Below, piece by piece: positions 1 through 12,600 of a stretch of DNA of 64,000 nucleotides. Made by a program: the position numbers and the translations under genes. The stretch is from Podarcis bocagei. Taxonomy: Eukaryota. The DNA lies in the NCBI GenBank assembly GCA_964188305.1, contig OZ076888.1; one strand, written 5' to 3'. Numbering within the stretch: the first letter of the stretch is position 1; every line of letters starts with the position of its first letter. Under the pieces are notes generated by a model. It was not told the origin of the DNA, made no database searches, and saw nothing but the letters and a program-made list of their open reading frames with translations.

Positions 1-59
1 GGATTCCTTCCCATTTCAGTGTTATTTCAGTTGCTGGGAGAAGTGACAATTCATGGGAA

Positions 60-250
60 GTATTTATATTTAGTTGCTTATTCAATTTCTATCCTGACTT
101 TCATTCCAAAGGAGCCCAGGGTAGCAAACAGCAAATAACACAACACAATAAACATTACAATAAAAACACATTTAAGCCATTATTAAAACAATTGAGAACA
201 TTAAAAAAAACCATGAAAAACATCTGCAAAACATTTAAAAATTGGGTCCT
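60..250 (-). mobile_element. L2-type LINE 3' tail remnant
   Basis: Reverse complement reads gctaccctgggctcctttggaatgaaagtcaggatagaaat followed by an A-rich end, a degenerate version of the L2 3' stem-loop/tail at 61185-61240. Confidence 0.5.
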
Positions 251-298
251 CCCTTAAAAAGGGCACATATTGCAGTGAGACCTGGAAAACCAACACCC

Positions 299-1025
299 TG
301 TGTTGTGGGTGGGTAAGATTGGTCAGCCACAACACCCAATTGGTAGGTCCCTCAAAGCTGGGTGCAATCTGGCCAAAGGGACACAGTCCAAACGGTTCGA
401 GGGACGTATTTATGCCCGTGCACATGACCCAGAGCTTCCTCTTTTGGTGAATGCATTCGCAACACCCACCCACCTCTCCCTACTTTTAGGGCTTGCACTT
501 GACCTTGCTATGCCGTCGTGTGTCGTCTGTCGTTGGGACGGGGGCATGGCAGGAATTTTCCCAGCTTGGCTGATTGGCTGTTGCCATTTGGGTTTCGCCT
601 GCCGCGTAGCAAATCGTCACAACTTGTAAGGTTGTGGAAAGGCTCTGGTTCAGGTGATAGGGATGGGAGAACGCTCTCGCCATCCCTATGTGAAGGGCAT
701 TCCGTTAAAGGAATCCAGAGATTCGATGGTTTGGTCAACCCCTGAGAGGGGGTTGTGCCCGTGCCTGAGTCCAGAGGAGCATTTGGGTGGCAGAGATAGC
801 CCATTCCCGGCTATCCCCTTACCCAGGTTTCACCCTTGGCTGACCTATGCTGGTGCCCTGGGTCAGTGCTACCTGCATGGCAGGGAGCTAGTCGCACCAG
901 AGCTGATGCAACCACTCACTTTTCTGTAATCAATAAAGTTGTGGCCTAAATTCTGCCAAAAACCAAACCAAAATTTGAGTCATGTGTGAATTTATTTAGG
1001 GGGGAGGTTTCTGGGTCTGAACACA
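299..1025 (+). mobile_element. LTR-like repeat 'family A', copy 1 (divergent subfamily)
   Basis: TGTGTT...AACACA inverted ends; AATAAA at ~932; blocks shared with 30298-31087 (ttgaccttgctatgcc, tggctgattggctg, gcgtagcaaatcgtcacaacttgtaaggtt, aataaagttgtggcc); no TSD found. Confidence 0.8.
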
Positions 1026-1124
1026 AAAAGCAGTGGCATCTCTGACATTTTCGACATTCAAAGAATGGAGCCTTAAGGATGCTGCTGAGATCATTTTGGA
1101 AGGAGATCATTTTGGAGGGCATGG

Positions 1125-1188
1125 TTGCTAGGGCTGATGGGAGCTGGAGTCCAAAAGCATCAGACAGACCACAGGTTCCCAGTCCCTC
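1125..1188. repeat. Half of a palindromic hAT-type MITE (gctgatgggagttgtagtcc family)
   Basis: Similar to the right arm of the foldback element at 25214-25351. Confidence 0.5.
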
Positions 1189-1880
1189 ATTTCCATAAAC
1201 CATATTCATTGTGTGATTGCCATTCCTCCAGTTCTGCACACAGATGTACAACAGAGTAAGACCACAAAGTTGCAGTCTGGTTATTTCCACAATCTAAATT
1301 CAATTGTACTAATGCTACCACTTCTACCACTACTACTCTTAATGATAATAATAACAACTATGTTCCTTCTGCTGACACTTTTGTTTTTCATTTCCAAATG
1401 CCTCATCTTCCAGAGTGAATGGAAAAACAAACAGGAGGCTCGTGATTCCCAGAGAAGAAGCAACTGCATCATAGGGAATAGGAAAATGATCGAGAAGATG
1501 TGATGCAATAACATATGGATAGCAGGCCTCGAATAGCAGTGACTTCCACCTTGAGGGGAATACTCATCACTGGCAGATAACTGAAGCATCTGCTCTTTTA
1601 GCTATTCCCCGACAAGACTTGCACACAGATGTCCTCCTAATGAATCATAGACAAAATTAATTTATCTTGATCATTTTTCTTCATATCTCTCTCTTCCTTG
1701 TTATGAAAATCTCACTCATCATGTGTCAGATTAAATATCTTTAAATGTAAAAAAAGTAGGGTGGCCATCTCTCCAAGGTCTCATTTCCCCAAGGTCATTT
1801 TTTTACACAAGGTGTCCAAAATGCATAATACTGGTTTTACAGACTAGGGGCTCATTGATGTAAACCAAGTCATTGAGTCA

Positions 1881-2166
1881 GAAGAAGAAGAAGAAGAAGA
1901 AGAAGAAGAAGAGGAGGAGGAGGAGGAGGAGTTTGGATTTGATATCCCGCCTTTCACTCCCTTTAAGGAGTCTCAAAGCGGCTCACATTCTCCTTTCCCT
2001 TCCTCCCCCACAACAAACACTCTGTGAGGTGAGTGGGGCTGAGAGACTTCACAGAAGTGTGACTGGCCCAAGGTCACCCAGCAGCTGCATGTGGAGGAGC
2101 GGAGACGCGAACCCGGTTCCCCAGATTACGTGACTACCGCTCTTAACCACTACACTACACTGGCTC
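1881..2166 (-). mobile_element. Squam3-type tRNA-derived SINE with (CTC)n(CTT)n tail
   Basis: Minus strand begins gagccagtgtagtgtagtggttaagagc (A box) ... gggttcgcgtctcc (B box); MIR-like core gggtgaccttgggccagtcac; tail appears as (GAA)n(GGA)n at 1881-1930. Confidence 0.85.
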
Positions 2167-3088
2167 CCATTGAACAAGAGGAACAATCAATCTCAATTGA
2201 GGCTGCAATCCTGTAAATCCCATTGAACTCGAGTAGATATGTACGTATAAGATTGTGCTGTAAAGCTGCAATTCTGTTCACAATGAAATGCAATCTAGGG
2301 GTGCATTCAGACGTGGGGAATATTGCACTAAATTTCTTGTCGCACTAAATTTCATTCACACTAGTGGGCATAATGTGACGCAACAACAAATGTCATTGGA
2401 CAATGTCCATGACTCACCCATCAAAGCAGCAGAACAGAACTGTATACCACCCCAAATTTCATTACTTGAAACTCCCACATTTTCCTGGCTTAGTTAGGTT
2501 GTAAACTGAATTTTTTCTGGAAGCAACACAGAAATGAGTGGCAGACATCCACAGTATTCTGCTAGATTTTTGGAAGTGCCTATAGCGTGAAAGCTCACAT
2601 ATAGTGTGGAAATTAACAGTTAGGCAAAAATTAGGGAAATGGAATAAACTGCCATGTGAATGCAACCATTGGGTGATAGTATCTGCATTCTTATCCAGGT
2701 GCTATTCAAAACCTTATCTAGTTGTTATTCCTGTGTATGCTCCCTACACCTCAATGCCCCCCTGCGCACCAGTTCCACATGCTCCAGTCCAACTTTCCTG
2801 TCCTAGTGAAAAGATCTTAGTAGCCTCTCCATGATCGGGAACCTGGCACAGTCAATATTTTCAACAGTAAGAAGATTTCTAAGTATGTTAAGGTTAATGT
2901 TCTCAGAAGCCACCTTCAGAACTTCCTGCTAAATTTGAGAAAGTTGGGATGGAATAGGTGGGGACAGCACACATGGGAGAATAGTGCGTCAGTGTTCCTG
3001 GCCTCTGTACCCTTTTCATGTGTTATTACCATATATATTGGTATGTATCGGCTATATAAACAATATTTTATGCATCATAACCTAAGCT

Positions 3089-3468
3089 GGACCATAAAGA
3101 AGGCTGATCGCCGAAGAATTGATGCTTTGGAATTATGGTGCTGGAGGAGACTCTTGAGAGTCCCATGGACTGCAAGAAGATCAAACCTATCCATTCTTAA
3201 GGAAATCAGCCCTGAGTGCTCCTGAAACTGAGGCTCCAATACTTTGGCTACCTCATGAGAAGAGAAGACTCCCTGGAAACAACCCTGATGTTGGGAAAGA
3301 TTGAGGGCACAAGGAGAAGGGGACAACAGAGGATGAGATGGTTGGACAGTGTTCTCGAAGCTACCAGCATGAGTTTGACCAAACTGCGGGAGGCAGTGGA
3401 AGACAGGAGTGCCTGGCGTGCTCTGGTCCATAGGGTCACGAAGAGTCAGACACGACTAAACAACAACA
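3089..3468 (+). mobile_element. BovB (RTE) LINE, 5'-truncated 3' fragment
   Basis: Translates to WTIKKADRRRIDALELWCWRRLLRVPWTARRSN and LMLGKIEGTRRRG; (CAA)n tail; TSD aacctaagct at 3079-3088 and 3469-3478; ~16-bp internal deletion at ~3221. Confidence 0.95.
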
Positions 3469-5019
3469 AACCTAAGCTTTTTAAAATTATTATTTGTATA
3501 GGGATAAATATAAAAGGAATGCTATCTACAAAACTCTACTAGACAACTGGGTGTATTATGGAGCATTACTCTTCCAGTATATGACAAACTGATTGGATCA
3601 TGTGCATTTACAGAAGAATGACCCTGGTCCATCGCTTCAGAAGAGCCCATGAACAAGTTTGCAGGTGTTTGTCATATGCATTTAGTTTTTGCTTAGCAAC
3701 TCAATTTATCTACTTTCAGAAAAGATGTACATGTAGACATACGAAGTCTTGTCATGTGCAGCCAGCTGTAAAGCTGAATACAAAATGCTGCTAAGACACA
3801 CTATTTTTCTGAGACTAACTGATCAACTTTCATAGCCAGGATGACAGTAGCTCAAAGGTCATCTGGCTAGAAGCAGAATCACCTGCTTCCTGGAATCATT
3901 TTTTTTTTTTTACTGCTATCAGAGACTTTGAAACCATTTCCTTTATTTCGTCTTTTTTTCCTTGCAAATATGTCAATGTTCCTCCCATATCGTGGATGGT
4001 AAACGATAACCATATTGACACTGTGTGAATTGCTTTTTGAAGTGTATTTTGTTGATGTAAAAAGGAGAGGTGGTGTGTCTCAAGGCAAATAATGTCTTCC
4101 AGCCTTAACCTCTGCTCAAAGAGGGCTACCTCAGTGGTAATGAAAAGGCACTCTGCTTGGCACAAGTTCAAAGGCACCTGAGCCTTTATTGCTTGTCATT
4201 TTCCAGGAATCCAAAGTCCCGGCATGAACTCCTGCAAGGATATTAGCAAGGAAGAAGGCAAGGGAAGCTTTTCAGAACAGAAAAATAGCCCCCAGCATTC
4301 TTCTTCTGAGTTTTGATCAAACTTTCTGTACAATTCCGGCTTGCTTCTTTCTCATATTTGAACAGCTTGCTGCCTTTAGCAATTTCCCCGATGAGTTTCT
4401 GACAATTCTCCTTGCCATTTATCATCAGTGCTTTCTCCACTCCCTTTTCTGTTTCATTAATGAATGTCCTTTTCTTTGACTTGTGCTCTTTTATTTTTGC
4501 TCTCCATTGAACCCTTTAATTTTTATTAGTCCTGCTTGTCAAACTCTTGCTTTATGGAAACCCTTGATTCTTTCATTTCAAACCACACAACTCCCATCTT
4601 AGGGACCCTTGAGTCACGCAGGGCCATTTCACACATGAGAGGGGTTTTGTGTGTGTGTTTTTAGATGTACACCTAAGATGCTTTTCAGTGGACACCTTAA
4701 AATGTATTATTCTAACTTGATGAACAGGCATTTGAATATATAGTGTATCAAGCCAGGTATTCTCATCAGAAGCACATTCCCACTGACTGCATTTGGGAGA
4801 AAACCTGAATTGCTCTGTAATATGTGAAGCAGCCCATGTCTAATTCTCTTACTTTCAGCTTTTGTAGTGATTCTCCCCATTATGTCTTTCTTTTGCTTTA
4901 TATTACACTCTTCTGATACCATTGTCCCTTTCATCTTGTGAAATATCTCTTTGTAAACTTCAGTGTCTTGTAAATCTCTCTGTCTTACCCATTGATCTGT
5001 TTTGTTTTTTTGTTTTGTA

Positions 5020-5437
5020 TTAGTTTACAAGACCCTAAACAGCTCATGTGCAGGCTAGGTGGAAAAATGTGACTCCATATATAGATTGGTTGGGTTGCTG
5101 TGATCTGTGGAGGAGGCCCTATTAACTGCAGCATTGCCTGCAGTTGTACATCTCACAGGGATGTGGAGGAGGGCGTTTTCTGTGTTAGTGCCTACCTTGT
5201 TGAATGATCTTGATAGGTTCCAACTGCGAGATGACAGTTTAAAGGCTCCCTGTTTGCCCAGGCATCTCCCTGGCCATTAATACAGGTTCCTGCTGCTAAT
5301 GGTCACTGTGATTAATGAGCATTGCTTTATTAAGCTGGTTTTATTATGACCTTTTGTTCTTATATGCGCTATTGTTTTACTCATTCACAGTGTTTCCTTT
5401 TAAAATGAAAGATGGTATATAAGTTATTTTAATAAAC
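5020..5437 (+). mobile_element. Old L2 LINE 3' fragment
   Basis: Degenerate match to the C-terminal L2 ORF2 region (acaagaccctaaacagc, gagggcgttttctgtg, ctgtttgcccaggc) plus tail. Confidence 0.55.
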
Positions 5438-6494
5438 TATGGGTTGTGCCCCTGCTTGCTCTGCTCATCAGACCCCCTGATATTCTCCCAAATATTAACC
5501 CCCTAGAGCTTCCACTTCCCACTCCATACAACTATTGTAGTAAGTTCACTTTTCATCTTCCCAATCCCATTTCTGAAGCCACTTCTGTCTTCTGTTCTAC
5601 AGCCCAGCTTGGTATTCATTTTCACAACCATGTCCATGCCTCCTCCTCTTTTGTCCCCCCCCCCATCTTGTACACAAACCACCCCATGGTAACTTTCTGC
5701 ATCTTCCTCCTCCCACACATTGCAACTACAAACACCTTTTTCACCTTTCCCCCAGTTAGGAAGCCTCCATCCCTTCCTTTTCTACAGATGCTTTCATGCC
5801 ACTTCTTTCCTTCTCAACTCTTGCCTCCTACTCCCTTCTTTTTTACAATCCCCTTTGCATTCCCGTTTCTCTATCGTACACCCCCTTGCACACAATTATC
5901 ACCTTCACCCCCTTCCTCCTTACATGCAGATCATCCCTGTTTTCATGCTGGCTCCTCCTCTCTCCTACTCTGCAGCCCCCTTTGCACACATCCCCTTGGC
6001 TGATATATATGACTGGATCTTTAAGATGACTAGAATCTCCTGAGCAAACCTGTCAATTAGCTTGTTCAGCTGATGGATATTGTACATATATGGGTGTTTG
6101 CTGGTTGATAAAATATAGCTTTGAAATTTCAACACTGAATCTGGTTGAAGACAACACCTGGTACCAGGAGTAAAATAAACTACTGTGGGAATGGACTATG
6201 GAACATTTTAAGCTAACACGGCCACTCCCTCCCTTGCGATGTTTACTCTGTCCACATCTCTGCCATCATTTAAAATCAACTCTCTTTCTCTCTCAGTTCC
6301 CCTTATTCAAACCTCTGCTGTTGTTCAAAGCTGCCATTTTCAAACCTGCCTTCTCTTTTGCTCCCCTTCACCACCCTGTGCTTGGATTTCATGCAAATCC
6401 AGGATTGTGATGCAACACTACAAGCCTCCCAGTGGGGGCTGTGCGGTGACAGCATTACATTTTTATGCTTCTACAAAGATATTAAATAAATAGG

Positions 6495-6610
6495 GCTACA
6501 CCCTATGAAGCTGTATTCAAAGTAGGCCTGCTAAAACTAATGGAGCTGAGTTAGTGAAGTCTATTGATGTCAGTGGGTTTACTTTGAGTATGACTCAGTT
6601 GAATACAACT
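6495..6610. repeat. Old ~120-bp palindromic MITE-like repeat
   Basis: Foldback gtattcaaagtaggcc...gggtttactttgagtat; related copies at 6952-7070 and 12480-12600. Confidence 0.5.
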
Positions 6611-6618
6611 ATCTGGGT

Positions 6619-6946
6619 CAGGGGTCGGCAACCTAAGGCCCATGGGCCACAAGTGGTCCATGGGGGTCGTTTAACCGTCCCATGGACCCCCGCCGCCCGC
6701 TTGGTCGGCTCCCGTGCTCCACACTAAACCGGCGCAGAGCAGGGACCGCCTTCCACAATGCTGGCTGGCTTCCCATTGGCTGCAGGAAGTTCCTGCAGCC
6801 AATGGGAAGCTGCTCATGCCTTCTCTGTGCCAGAAGGAGACCAAAAATAGTGTTTGCACATGCGTGCACAAGCACGCATTCCAGCCCACCACAGCGTCTG
6901 CAGGACTGTCAACCAGCCCAAGCCCCAAAAACTTTGCCGACCCCTG
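6619..6946. mobile_element. Non-autonomous hAT element
   Basis: Perfect 13-bp TIR caggggtcggcaa/ttgccgacccctg; 8-bp TSD atctgggt/atctggct (1 mismatch). Confidence 0.9.
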
Positions 6947-6951
6947 ATCTG

Positions 6952-7070
6952 GCTTGTATCCAACTAAATTATACTCAGTAGAGGCCCATTGGAATGAATG
7001 AATCTAAGTTACTTGTGTCCATTATATTCAATGAGTCTACTCTGAGTAGGACTACCATTGGCAACCACCC
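6952..7070. repeat. Old ~120-bp palindromic MITE-like repeat
   Basis: tactcagtagaggcccattg...caatgagtctactctgagta foldback. Confidence 0.55.
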
Positions 7071-7682
7071 ATAATATCTATCTAGTAGTCAGGTTTAAAG
7101 CGTTATGTTGGCAGGTGTTGACACGGCCACAACTGCTTTGTTGCTTTTGTTTGTAGTTTGGCACCATCAAGAGCAGATTAGCTTGTCAGACAGGGCAGGT
7201 CCTTTTCTTTGTTCAGGCTATAGTACATCTCTGAGAAGCATGAGGAACAATTTAACCGAAGTCAATTGACTGGAGAGATTTGAGCAGGTGCTTAATTATC
7301 CCATTGAAATAAATGAGGATGAAATGTGCTTAATATTGACTGGATTGCCTGCATAGTTTAGTGGGAAATGTTTTTCAGGATTTATTGAGCAGACATTGCT
7401 TTTGTCGTTCAGCTGGCTAACATTTTATGAGTTATCTTTTATTGTTACTAAGCAATTTCTTTTACATTTCTTTCTGTAGGAACTCCCCCATCTTGGATAT
7501 ATTCACACAAAGCTCAGAATGAGCGGGATGTTTGTTTCAAACTTGATTGCAGAGGGTGGGATCTTGTGGGTGCCAGAAAAGGGGTCTGAAGGTGCATGTG
7601 GACCTGTGGGTGCAACATTGGCAAGGCTTGCCATAGGCATTTGGTTCATCACTCAGAGATCAGGATTCTGGGCTAGATTGCC

Positions 7683-8144
7683 CAGGGCTGGATTAAGACC
7701 TTTAGAGGCCATAAGCACTTAAAAGGTTTTGGTTCCCTCATATATATCTAATTCAAAATATAAGCAATAGTGAACCGTAAAATAATTTTTTACTTTTCGA
7801 AATGAAACAAAAGCTACAACAAGATGGAAAATAATGTTTATTTTTGTATACGTCCACTTTATTTATATTTCAAAAAAATTCTCCCACAATTTCTAATTGC
7901 AAAGTCTTTGATCAGATCCTCAAAACTAATCTTATGTAGCACACCTGCTTCTATACTTAGTAGAGATAAGGCATACAGTCTGTCTTGCTGCATAGTTGTT
8001 CTGTTGGGATTTTGAATACACTTCAATTGAGCAATTTGTGACCATTAATGTTAAAAATCCAGCAATGGAAAATTTCTGTGGTGCCCCACTTCCTTTGATG
8101 CCATAAGCACGTGTTTATTTTGCTGAATGGTTAATCCAGCCCTG
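7683..8144. mobile_element. Non-autonomous DNA transposon (hAT-like)
   Basis: Perfect 14-bp TIR cagggctggattaa/ttaatccagccctg; subterminal gccataagcac repeated near both ends; TSD degenerate. Confidence 0.8.
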
Positions 8145-10939
8145 AAATGACCCCTTAGCCTGAACCAGCGAGGCTCTTCTTATGTTCTTAATTGTGAAAA
8201 CTTCATAAGAAGAAAGTATATTTTTAATGCATATTTTGCATAAAATCTCAAGATACTGTGGAAGGATTTTGAAGCCAGTTCAATGTCCCGAAAAGCAGGA
8301 GAAAATTATAAAAGAGTCTAAAGGGATTAACTTATTAGGAAAGATTCTGTTTCTAAGCATGGCTAACTATCATTTATCTGCAAACATAATTCCAGAGAAG
8401 TGCAATATATTCAAAACTCTGACACACACAGTGTTTTAGCCCAAAGTTTTCTTTTTTCATAGATGGGAAGAAGAAAAAAACCATGACAATCCCCTGGCTT
8501 ATCTGTGCAGCTCTTTAGTCATAAATACTCAAAGGAATAGGATAAACATAGCAATAGGGAAAAAAGAGAATTAAATGATGATATAAAAAGGCAATTTCTG
8601 GGATATCAGTGATGCTGTTCAGACTTAACCTCGCTGAGAATTTGGCCCATGGCAATAGTTTAGACTTCAGTCGAGCTGAAGTCTGTAGAGAAGAACACAC
8701 TAGGAGTTGGCATCACTATACGATATGCTGAAAATAATTAATGAGGACCAACTTCCAGCAATTAAAATATATTTCCTCCAGCCATGTGTACAATGTGCCA
8801 TGATTTTGCTTACAAGACTCACAAATAATGAGTAGATTTGCCCTTCAGCCCTCAGCTTCAACAAAAGGGGGAGGGGAGAGAGAAGAAACATGAGACATAT
8901 TATGAATAAGTTTAATGCAATTGCTTTGGAAAGATATCTTCTTGGAATGCTGGTCTGGCTTTTCTCCTGACCTTTGGGATGTTCTTATTTGGATGAGTGA
9001 TTGTAGATACCTGCTAGCCCTGCAGAATTAGGATAAAGTTAATTGTGATGATGTACATTGCAAAGCCGGCATCAAAGCTAATCACCATGGCATTCACATT
9101 GGATCAGAAGTATTCAAGATATGCATACAAATATGAGATAGCTGAATTTGGCGTTCCCTTAATCACACTGTGTAATATTGAATGAAAAAGCATGCAAAAA
9201 AGTGGCCATATTTCCAAGCTCCATTAAAGCCCATAAGAATTTTCCCCTTACCTTCAGTAAGAAGTGGATTCAATCTATACAAATTTGGGGTTCCCAGTAA
9301 TGTTATTGGATCATCTACTGTAGCCTCCTCTTTTTAAAAGGCAACATAAATGCCAGCACTGAACATTGACAATACGTAGAGGGAATGATTTATATGGATG
9401 TGGCAGAAGAATAAAAGCTCAGGATGGGTGTAGAAAAGATGTCACCATCATCAACAAAAAACCGTTGAAACTGACACAATGAAAGCATTAACTATTGACT
9501 ATTCTTTTCAATGGCTCTAGTGTTAAAGTTTGCAATGCCCTACTGTTTCAAGTCTCATAGCAAGTTCATCCATATTTTCTCTTCCTGTCACATCATGGCA
9601 TGGGAGAGAATTCGTCTTACCTTCTCACAGTGAAGGTGGGGAACAAAAATGCAAAGACCAGCCTTTGGGAAGAAGGTGATCTAAGTCTGTCTTCAGTTTT
9701 GCTTAACCTATAACTCTCTTGCCACCAATTCAATTTTCTACATTATAAATCACTTAAATGATTTATAAATCAATTGCATAATTTAGGAAACCATTGGGCA
9801 ACATATATTTTGTGCTTGACCGATAAATTAGTTCTCTGGCCAATAAATTATTGAAATGACTTCTGAATCAGATATATATTATATAAATCAAAAGCTTATA
9901 TGTTGGGATGGCACTTAAAAGTTCTAATTTATCAATCACAGTGTGATTAATTATACCACAAAATAGAGAGGAAACCATCACTCAGCCCTCAGTCATTGTC
10001 TCCTCATACTTCTGGATATTCTGTGCTTGGCCTATGCCAGGGGATGACTACAAATAAAGTGGGCACACAGACAATACAATGAGTGAGGCAAACAACATGT
10101 TATTGACTTCTATATAAACAAATTACTGGTTTACCAAACTATCTTAAATATAATACCAAATACTGTCTTAAATATAAATGAATCATTAGTTGGGCCAATG
10201 TATTTTTTTTATTTATAAAAAATTAAATCATCATCAACCAGGGTTGCATTCTAGGTTACACTAAGTTAATATCGTTTAGTGTTGTAGTTGTTATTATTAT
10301 TTATTAAATTTCTACACTGCCCTTCATTGTAGAGTAGATTACAATACAAAAACACAAAATTACGTACATAACAACCAACAAGAAATACCCCCGGTATTAT
10401 TATTTATTAAATTCATTAAATAGTTGTTGCACTGGTGGACCATTGTTGCACAAGGAAAAACACAAGCCAGTTACCAAATGCAATTGTACAAATATTGCAC
10501 AGCAAAAATCACCAGCTGTGCAACAAGCTTCTGCTGGTGCAACTGTTGTTTTGGATTTCTTTGTTGTGCACACTTTAAACACTGCTATCTGCTAGTGCAA
10601 GGACTCTTGTGCTACCAAACAGAGAATGCTGGGCACTGCTTATGGCTTCTGAAACCTGCTGTTGGTAATTTCCCTTATTTGCAATCTACTTAGTTACTAT
10701 ATGGTGCAATCTTTTATATCTCCAATAACTCTTTTCTGATTCAAGGGCAATGGGAGGAATCCCACCCATTGCTTTATCAATGGGCTCACTTCATGCCCAG
10801 TTGTCTCTGCATGCTTCTTATAGATAGGTTCTCACATACCAGTAGGTAAGAAAATCCTGTTTCACTTGTGTTGACCCGAATGTGTAAAATTGCCCATTAA
10901 GAAGCACCTATATTTTATGGGGGTCTTAAAAGCTATTTT

Positions 10940-11022
10940 TGTTGTTCTTGTGATAGGCATCCATCTGCCTCAGTAGACAATGGAAGAGTGCATCTTCAAG
11001 GTAAAGTCAAACCGTTGCAGAG
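10940..11022 (-). mobile_element. RTE LINE extreme 3' tail
   Basis: Similar to 62940-63005 (ggcatccatctgcctcagtagacaatggaagagtg...aagtcaaaccg vs ggtatccataagactcgggagacaatgcaggagtg...aagtcaaactg). Confidence 0.55.
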
Positions 11023-12479
11023 TTAATTATGACTCCTATTAGTTGGGAGAAAGGTTAGTTAGGGTTATAGGTTAGTTAAGTTTCAAATATTATTTGTTAC
11101 TGAAGTTCCAAATACTATTTCCAGGGTAACAAGATATGAGAACATAGAGCATACAGAAAAGACACAATAGGTAACTGTAGTAAACCCCAAACACATTTTA
11201 GACTCTTTCTAAGGATTCTTAAGGTGCTAGCCCTTCTATATTGAAATGATACCCATGAGCTTGTCCCATAGGAGATGATGTGAGGGGCAGATGGAATAAT
11301 GTGTGAACTTGATTCCAACTGATTCTAGTATATGGTTCTCTCTGTAGACATCTTTTTTCTGTCTTGACTGTTTCCATCCTTCATTTTCTCCATTTCTTCA
11401 TATCTGCCCCTTGTTCCTCTTGGTAACTCTTGGATATCCCACCTTTTCCATGCATTTCTGTCTCATTTTCCTGACCCCATTTTTTGTTTCTAATTTTTTT
11501 CCAGTGGACCTCCTCACCCCACCTGCCAATTTCCTTTTCTTGTGGACCATTTCCTTCAGCTAATGATTGCATCCATTTTATATTATTTCCTCAGTAACTT
11601 GCCTTCTTCAGACATAGATCCCTATATATCCAGCCTTCTGTAACTTCAGAGCATCTTAGTCAATGACAGACAAGGTAAGAGGTTCCATGTTTCTACCTTG
11701 TTATAGTTTTACAAGTGGTACTTCTGATTACTTTCAGTGAATTTTTTTTTGCAGAAAAACCTCCCAGTAGTTACTGTTCCCCACTCCAACAATGCAGAAA
11801 TCCTTCATGTCTGAAAGAAACACAGATTTTTATAATGCCTTGAGGTGAACTGGAAAACTTTAACACAAAATGAAGGACAAATTTTACATGGATTGTAACT
11901 ATTCATGCACTATGAATGACAGAACTATATTTAATTCATGATTTGAAGATGTAGTTAAAATTCAATACTTTAATGACATTATTGTTATTTAGTATGTCAG
12001 CATTTGAGGAGATACTGAGTGCTACTAGTCCCAGAGAGTTAAGAAGTTCAGTTCTGCATAACTATGAACCTTTAAGGTGTCATGTATGACCCTCCATCAA
12101 AATACTTCAACATAAATTTGAGAGTGCAACTATTCCTGGTGAAATCAAGCACATTGTCAATGTTAAGGTCAACCCTGAAACAGAGAACCACACCTAATAT
12201 ACACCTTTCAAAGACAAGCTATAGCTCTATTGATGATGCATTAGCTTTGCATGTAGCCTGTTCCAATAGACCCGGGACCTCTATTTAATTGCATTTCCGG
12301 ATATCCTGAAGGGTCTTGCTCATAGTACTTGGGTAGAGAATCTATTGATTCAGCTCAGACAGTGCCTTAAACTATCGTGCCACATTTGTAAAAAAAGTAT
12401 GCCTATTTCTTACAGGGATATCCCTATTTTAAGGCTCTAAAAACAGGTGCCCCCAAAGCATCTTATATATTTCAAACTG

Positions 12480-12600
12480 TTGGTGGTAATCAATATGCTT
12501 TAGTTAGAGTAGACCCACAAAAATTAATGACTATTAATAAGTTAGGTCCATTGATTTCAATGATACTACTCTGAGTAAAACTTAGCTGAATACTACCCTC
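12480..12600. repeat. Old ~120-bp palindromic MITE-like repeat
   Basis: agagtagaccc...gtccattgatttcaatg...tactctgagta; same family as 6952-7070. Confidence 0.55.

Noticed and set aside
5446-6420. 185-aa ORF in a C/T-rich block, with vaguely hammerhead-like words (ttgataa...gaaat, ttgaaga) at ~6105-6150
   Set aside because: The ORF is explained by pyrimidine skew, and the hammerhead core and stems cannot be built. It may be an old repeat but I cannot support a call.
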